Source: a virus (Duplodnaviria; Caudoviricetes). From it: a stretch of DNA of 64,000 bases. The notes under the pieces were generated by a model. It was not told the origin of the DNA and ran no database searches. It saw nothing but the letters and a program-made list of their open reading frames with translations. The DNA lies in IMG/VR virus record IMGVR_UViG_3300024331_000007, positions 295,891-359,890 of that record. The stretch is one strand, 5' to 3'. This document shows positions 59,084 through 64,000 of the stretch, piece by piece. How positions within the stretch are numbered: position 1 is the stretch's first letter; each line of letters begins with the position of its first letter. The translations under genes and the position numbers were made by a program.

Positions 59084-59975
59084 AACGCTCAGCGCCATCA
59101 TTAGTAAGTTTAGATTTAAAGCATGCGAACTACTTAAAACAAAAGGACACGGAATAAGCATTATTGTTCCATTCCACTCGTCCGATCCAACAAACCAACG
59201 CGCCAAAAATTGGAAGTGGCTGCATAAATATTGGCGCAAACAGCTTCCCGGTGCTGAGGTTATTATCGGAGCCGATCATGAAGCTGGTAAAAACGGTAAA
59301 GCTTTTTCAAAATCATGTGCAGTTAATGAGGGTGTTAGTCGATCCAATGGCGATATTTTGGTTATTGTAGATGCTGACGGATACATTCCAGTTGAATCAA
59401 TTTTATATTGTGCCGAGGAAATACGCGAGGCCAGAGCCAGAAATAAGAGACTTTGGTTCATTCCGTATCGTCAGTTTTATAGATTAACCGAAGAGGCATC
59501 GCAAAAAGTATTGCAGTCCAAACCATCACACCCATATTCTTTTGGCAAAAGACCTGACGTAGATGATGTTTTGAATATGGCTCAATTTAATGGAACCTCA
59601 GGTTCAGCAATCGGTCATTGGTATGGAGCATTAATTCAGGTTATGCCGTGGGAAGCATTTGAAATGGTCGGCGGTTGGGACCCAAGATTCAGAGGTTGGG
59701 GCGGTGAGGATCATGCTGCTATGAGAGCGATGGATACACTCTATTGGCCGCATAAAACTTTACCAACACCTGTTTATCATATTTGGCACCCTTTCAAGAA
59801 TGTCACATCTGGAAATCCTGCTAAGGGCAAGAATAGATTATGGGAGAATCAAGGCGAAAATAGCAACAATGATACCCTTTCACATAGGTACTATTATTCA
59901 CAGGGTCATTGGTCCAGAATGCGAAAATTGGTGGATGAGTGGAAAAAGCCCTCAGACAACAAATTAGCTAAATAG
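59070..59975 (+). CDS. Glycosyltransferase family 2 / GT7C-like
   Basis: ISIIVPF, FSKS.AVN.G, IVDAD (DxD) and GGWDPRF.GWGGED motifs. Confidence 0.85.
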   Translation: MTIFETLSAIISKFRFKACELLKTKGHGISIIVPFHSSDPTNQRAKNWKWLHKYWRKQLPGAEVIIGADHEAGKNGKAFSKSCAVNEGVSRSNGDILVIVDADGYIPVESILYCAEEIREARARNKRLWFIPYRQFYRLTEEASQKVLQSKPSHPYSFGKRPDVDDVLNMAQFNGTSGSAIGHWYGALIQVMPWEAFEMVGGWDPRFRGWGGEDHAAMRAMDTLYWPHKTLPTPVYHIWHPFKNVTSGNPAKGKNRLWENQGENSNNDTLSHRYYYSQGHWSRMRKLVDEWKKPSDNKLAK

Positions 59976-60060
59976 AATTGAATGATTTAACTCTTATAAG
60001 TGAGTTTTACGGAAAAACTTGTAAATAAGACAAGGAAGTTTGCAGTTAAGGAGATATACG

Positions 60061-60939
60061 ATGGCATCCACCAAATTTGAGAAACTTATCGAATACGTTA
60101 TTGCTAACGACGACAAGAAGGCCCGTAGCCTTTTCCATCAGATCGTTGTTGACAAGAGCCGCAAAATCTATGAGGCGTTGGATGTTGACGATACCGAACG
60201 CGCATTTGACGATGTTGAGGCAGATCACACAGCATCAGGCGAACTTGATGAACTTGGCGGCGATCAGGCAGACGATCTACAGTCTGATGTATTTGTAGAC
60301 GGCGCTGAAGCAGGTTCTGACGAACTCGGAATGGGCGAAGAAGGTGCAGACCTTAACCCAGAAATTGATGACCGTGTCGCCGATCTTGAATCAGAATTTG
60401 ATGCTCTAAAGGCAGAATTTGAAGAACTCCTTCACTCCGAAGAAGCAGAAGAAAAGGAAGAGGAAGAAGGCTTCGAAGAAGAAGGCGAAGGACTAGAAGA
60501 CCTTGAATCAGCAGTCGAAGGCGAAGAGTCTGAAGAAGAAGGAATCGAAGACCAAGTCGAAGGCGATGAAGAAGCAGAAGCAGAAGAAGGCGCTGCTGAA
60601 GGCGAAGAAGAGAAGGAAGAGGAGCCAGTTGACGAAAGTGTTATCCGTGAGTACGTTCTAAAGGTAACTCAGGGTCTTTCCGACGATAAGGAAGAGGGAT
60701 TTGTTAACAAGAAGAGTCCAGTTTCCGCAAAGCCAAGCATCGTTCCCGGTATTTCCGCTAAGAACTTGAATCAGGGCGGAACATCTGAAGGTCGCCCAAA
60801 TCCAAAGGCAGGCGAAATGATCGGTGACAAGGAAGTTGTTAACAGACCGGGTCGTAAGACAGTTGACTTGAAGCCAGCACCAAAGCCAGTAACCACAAAG
60901 GAAGAGGGAAGCGTTAACAAGAAGTCCGTTGAAGCATAA
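60061..60939 (+). CDS. Highly acidic prohead core / scaffold-like protein
   Basis: E/D-rich central tract; located between portal and prohead protease; TAAATA at 60022-60027. Confidence 0.6.
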   Translation: MASTKFEKLIEYVIANDDKKARSLFHQIVVDKSRKIYEALDVDDTERAFDDVEADHTASGELDELGGDQADDLQSDVFVDGAEAGSDELGMGEEGADLNPEIDDRVADLESEFDALKAEFEELLHSEEAEEKEEEEGFEEEGEGLEDLESAVEGEESEEEGIEDQVEGDEEAEAEEGAAEGEEEKEEEPVDESVIREYVLKVTQGLSDDKEEGFVNKKSPVSAKPSIVPGISAKNLNQGGTSEGRPNPKAGEMIGDKEVVNRPGRKTVDLKPAPKPVTTKEEGSVNKKSVEA

Positions 60940-60964
60940 CCAAACAGTAGTTTAAGTAACAATG

Positions 60965-60994
60965 ATTCGGCTGGTTTATCCAGCCGAATTTTTG
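60965..60994 (+). terminator. Intrinsic terminator
   Basis: ATTCGGCTGG-TTTAT-CCAGCCGAAT-TTTTG. Confidence 0.8.
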
Positions 60995-61036
60995 TTTGTG
61001 CATAAATAATAAGGAAATACCATAAGAGGTCTAACC

Positions 61037-61684
61037 ATGAATAAACAGGCACTATTTGAATACCAAAATCCTTCTGCATTTTCAACTGAAATATCAGAGT
61101 CCGTTGACTCTTTGGGACAAAAGCGCAAGGATTTGTACATGAAGGGTATCTTCATTCAGGGAGACGTTCGTAACCACAATCAGCGCGTCTATCCTGTATA
61201 TGAAATTTCAAAGGCCGTTGATAGCATCAACTCGCTTATCAAAGAAGGCGTCTCTGTTTTTGGTGAGCTAGATCATCCTGCCGATTTGAAGATCAACCTT
61301 GATAGAGTGTCACACGTAATAACTTCAATGTGGATGGAAGGTGCAAATGGACACGGAAAACTAAAGATGCTTCCAACCCCAATGGGTAATATTATTCGTT
61401 CAATTTTAGAAAGTGATGTAAAATTAGGCGTTAGCAGCCGTGGAAGCGGAAACGTTAACGAAAGCACAGGTCAGGTTAGCGACTTTGAAATCATTACTGT
61501 GGATATTGTCGCGCAACCTTCGGCCCCCTCTGCTTTTCCAAAACCCGTATATGAAGCACTGATGAATATGAGACATGGACATAATGCATTGGAACTTTCT
61601 GCTGAAGCCACATATGATCCTCGTGTTCAAAAATATCTAACTGAATATGTAACAAGACTGATTAAGGATTTGAAGAAAAACTAA
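61037..61684 (+). CDS. Prohead protease (T4 gp21-like)
   Basis: GIFIQG..RN.N.RVYP, GELDHP, RVSH, LGVSSRG.G and DIVAQPSAP.A motifs. Confidence 0.95.
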   Translation: MNKQALFEYQNPSAFSTEISESVDSLGQKRKDLYMKGIFIQGDVRNHNQRVYPVYEISKAVDSINSLIKEGVSVFGELDHPADLKINLDRVSHVITSMWMEGANGHGKLKMLPTPMGNIIRSILESDVKLGVSSRGSGNVNESTGQVSDFEIITVDIVAQPSAPSAFPKPVYEALMNMRHGHNALELSAEATYDPRVQKYLTEYVTRLIKDLKKN

Positions 61685-62403
61685 TGAGACTGGTTACCCA
61701 AGCATTTGTATATAAATGGACGGAACTTTCCACTGGAAAATGGTATATCGGTTCCAGAGCAAAGAAAGGATGTCACCCAAATGACGGATACTTGTGTTCA
61801 AGTAAGTTTGTAAAGAGGCTTATAGAAGAAAATCCTTCTGATTGGAGAAGAGATGTTGTTTTGATGGTTTCACAAGAAGATGCTGTTCCTTATGAAACTG
61901 GCTTGTTACAGGGACTTGATGCGAAGAATGATCCAATGAGTTATAACCTACATAATGGAGACGGAAAATTTTCAATGGCTGGAAAAACAGGTTGGTGGAA
62001 GGGTAAACCAGCATGGAATAAGGGTAAGACTGGAATATACACGCCTGAGCAGTTGAAAAAGATGTCTGAACAAGGCAAGAAACGAATCGGTGTTGGGCCA
62101 ATAGGAGCAATAGGAATAAACAATCCCCAGTTTGGTAAGAATCCTTGGAATAAAGGGAAGATAACGCCACTGGCTGTACGAGAAAAAATTTCGTCTGCAA
62201 CTAAAGGAAGAGAAGGAAAGCCAATCACAGAAGCAGTTAAGAAGATTCTCAGCGAACAAAAACTAGGAAGAAAGAATCCTCAATTTGGAAAGAAGGCTTG
62301 GAATAGTGGAAAGAAACTTGGAAAACAATCTCCTGAACTAGTTGCGAAACGAATTGCTGCTATGAAAGAAGCGAAATTGAAAAGATTGCAAAAGGAAATT
62401 TAA
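61684..62403 (+). CDS. GIY-YIG homing endonuclease with NUMOD3-type repeats
   Basis: FVYKWT...KWYIGSR...Y..SS...YNLHNG and repeated PAWNKGK/NPQFGK. Confidence 0.85.
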   Translation: MRLVTQAFVYKWTELSTGKWYIGSRAKKGCHPNDGYLCSSKFVKRLIEENPSDWRRDVVLMVSQEDAVPYETGLLQGLDAKNDPMSYNLHNGDGKFSMAGKTGWWKGKPAWNKGKTGIYTPEQLKKMSEQGKKRIGVGPIGAIGINNPQFGKNPWNKGKITPLAVREKISSATKGREGKPITEAVKKILSEQKLGRKNPQFGKKAWNSGKKLGKQSPELVAKRIAAMKEAKLKRLQKEI

Positions 62404-63123
62404 ATGTCAACGATTCTGGAAGAACTGACCAAATATCGAACGATTCTTTCTGAGGATAGTTATACTCGAAGAAATGATCGCTCACCAATAAAACTACCCA
62501 AGAAGAAAATGGGACAAGAGTCTTATCGTCGATATTTGCATAATAATCAAACGGTTGGAAATGTTGATCGTTTGCTAGAATTACTAAACAGTTACGCTGA
62601 AAAGATAAATCAACTATCAATGCGTGGACAGAATACTGAAAAATATCAACTCATGATGGATAAGGTAGAAGAAACAATAGGAAGTTATCCAGATGGTCAA
62701 CAGCGCCTAGACGATTTTTGGACAGAATACAACAATAGTTTTGAACACGATTATGAACCAACAATTCGTGAAAGCGTTGTAAATGAGTATCAGAATCCAG
62801 CCGAACTTCCTCCAATTGAAGCCAAGTCGGCGGGTATTGAACTTGGAAAGCACAATGCAATGGAAGAGTTGGGCGAGATTGTAGCAAGGATTCCAGCCAA
62901 TCAAGAGATTCCATACGCAGAATTTGGCAAGACCCTTGTTGGATTGCACAGAACATTCAAGAAAGGCAGCGATCCGAAGGTTGTTGAGTTTACTCGTGGT
63001 TGGAATAGCATTTTGCAGAAGGTTAACGAATTGATACCAAAAAGCAGAGTTCAGCATTTGACTAAAGATGAGTTACAGTCTGTTATTGCATTCGTTGGCG
63101 AAAAAGAGCTTAACTGGAACTAA
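62404..63123 (+). CDS. Hypothetical modular protein, probable internal head protein
   Basis: Contains ILSE|D, IRE|S and VNE|Y sites; lies in the head cluster. Confidence 0.5.
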   Translation: MSTILEELTKYRTILSEDSYTRRNDRSPIKLPKKKMGQESYRRYLHNNQTVGNVDRLLELLNSYAEKINQLSMRGQNTEKYQLMMDKVEETIGSYPDGQQRLDDFWTEYNNSFEHDYEPTIRESVVNEYQNPAELPPIEAKSAGIELGKHNAMEELGEIVARIPANQEIPYAEFGKTLVGLHRTFKKGSDPKVVEFTRGWNSILQKVNELIPKSRVQHLTKDELQSVIAFVGEKELNWN

Positions 63124-63153
63124 TTCCGTAAATAGACATTAGAGGTTCACACA

Positions 63154-64000
63154 ATGAAAACACTATCTGAATTGATGACTGACTACCGCGCTCCTCTGCT
63201 TGAAGCATGGGACACAGAAATGCATACCGCCAAGAAGGACAAGGGTATGTTTAAGGGCAAGTCAAAGGGCGAAATTGGCTCTGCTTTGTCCAAGAACAAG
63301 AAGACTGCCGAAAATGACCGCAAGAAGGGTAAGGCAGAACCAGAGTCTCTGAAGAAGAAGATCAAGCAGGAAGAGTTTGCTCTCCGTGCAAAGAATAATT
63401 TTGGTAAGGTTAGCGAATCCATCGAACTTCGTGAAGGCGCTGGCCTCAGCTTTGAACACCTTTTGAAGCAGCATCACGCCGATGTTGATACATTTATCGA
63501 GACAGGAGAATTAACAGACGGATTGTTCGATACCCTCTATGAATATTTCTTTGACGAAATGCCTTACGGCGTTGCAAAAGCACGTACTGGCGATCCTCAC
63601 AACTGGATTGCTGCTAAGTTTACAGATTGCTTGGAGCGCGAAGGTTTGATGAGCGGAACGCAAGGTCAAGATCGCGAATCTTATAGCGACATACAGGATC
63701 GCGATTCATATGTTCCTTCTTTGCCATTGGGTGAAGGCAAGACAATGCGTAAGTGCAAGGGTAAGGGCTGTGACAAGAAATGCTATGATGGCAAGGAATT
63801 TTGTTCAGCCGCTTGCAAGAAGTCAGCGGGTGTGAAGGAAAGCTACACACCGGGCCCATTCTCAAAGGCAGCAAAGCAGCTATCTGAAAATGTTGGCGAC
63901 GAAGAAGGTTGCACACATGAATGGAAGAAGGGCGAAAAAACTGCTAACGGAACACATTACAAGTGTGCCTGTGGTGCCACAAAGACTGAAAAAGGAAAAT
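63154..64000 (+). CDS. Modular head-region protein, 3'-truncated (absent from the ORF track)
   Basis: Open from ATG 63154 (MKTLSELMTDYRAPLLEAWD...) to the window end; TAAATA at 63129-63134 and GAGG RBS; several zinc-type Cys motifs. Confidence 0.75.
   Translation, partial: MKTLSELMTDYRAPLLEAWDTEMHTAKKDKGMFKGKSKGEIGSALSKNKKTAENDRKKGKAEPESLKKKIKQEEFALRAKNNFGKVSESIELREGAGLSFEHLLKQHHADVDTFIETGELTDGLFDTLYEYFFDEMPYGVAKARTGDPHNWIAAKFTDCLEREGLMSGTQGQDRESYSDIQDRDSYVPSLPLGEGKTMRKCKGKGCDKKCYDGKEFCSAACKKSAGVKESYTPGPFSKAAKQLSENVGDEEGCTHEWKKGEKTANGTHYKCACGATKTEKGK

Noticed and set aside
60440-60640. GAA-rich low-complexity tract as a DNA repeat element
   Set aside because: Explained by the poly-Glu coding content of the acidic core protein.

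Overview
64 kb from a large, AT-rich, T4-like (probably jumbo) tailed phage genome; I see no tRNA, rRNA or CRISPR array. Gene order: tail-fibre and giant baseplate/virion genes (1-20.4 kb); lipoprotein, hairpin-rich intergenic region, DnaJ and ClpA-type chaperones (20.5-26 kb); glycosyltransferase-like gene, nucleotidase and a block of probable head-packaged enzymes plus Dps (27-34.5 kb); DsbA-like gene, family-B DNA polymerase, sliding clamp, a 7-deazaguanine DNA-modification cluster (DpdA/TGT-like, QueD-like, FolE, QueE), RNase H-like nuclease and an Acb1-like phosphoesterase (35-47 kb); a sigma70-driven MoxR/vWA island (47.3-50.8 kb); two gp26-like hub genes, tape measure, portal, two glycan-modifying enzymes, core protein, prohead protease and further probable head proteins (51.7-64 kb). 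Eight free-standing endonuclease genes are interspersed, and TAAATA late-promoter motifs precede most structural genes. The most interesting observations are: (1) a covarying nested-hairpin leader shared by two paralogous GIY-YIG genes; (2) a set of apparent polyproteins in which enzyme modules are separated by prohead-protease-like x-x-E sites; (3) a deazaguanine cluster with no QueC in the window, near a polymerase whose conserved YGDTDS motif reads AADTDS; (4) an ~800 bp region dense in triloop DNA hairpins. All product calls come from motif recognition by eye; no database searches were run.
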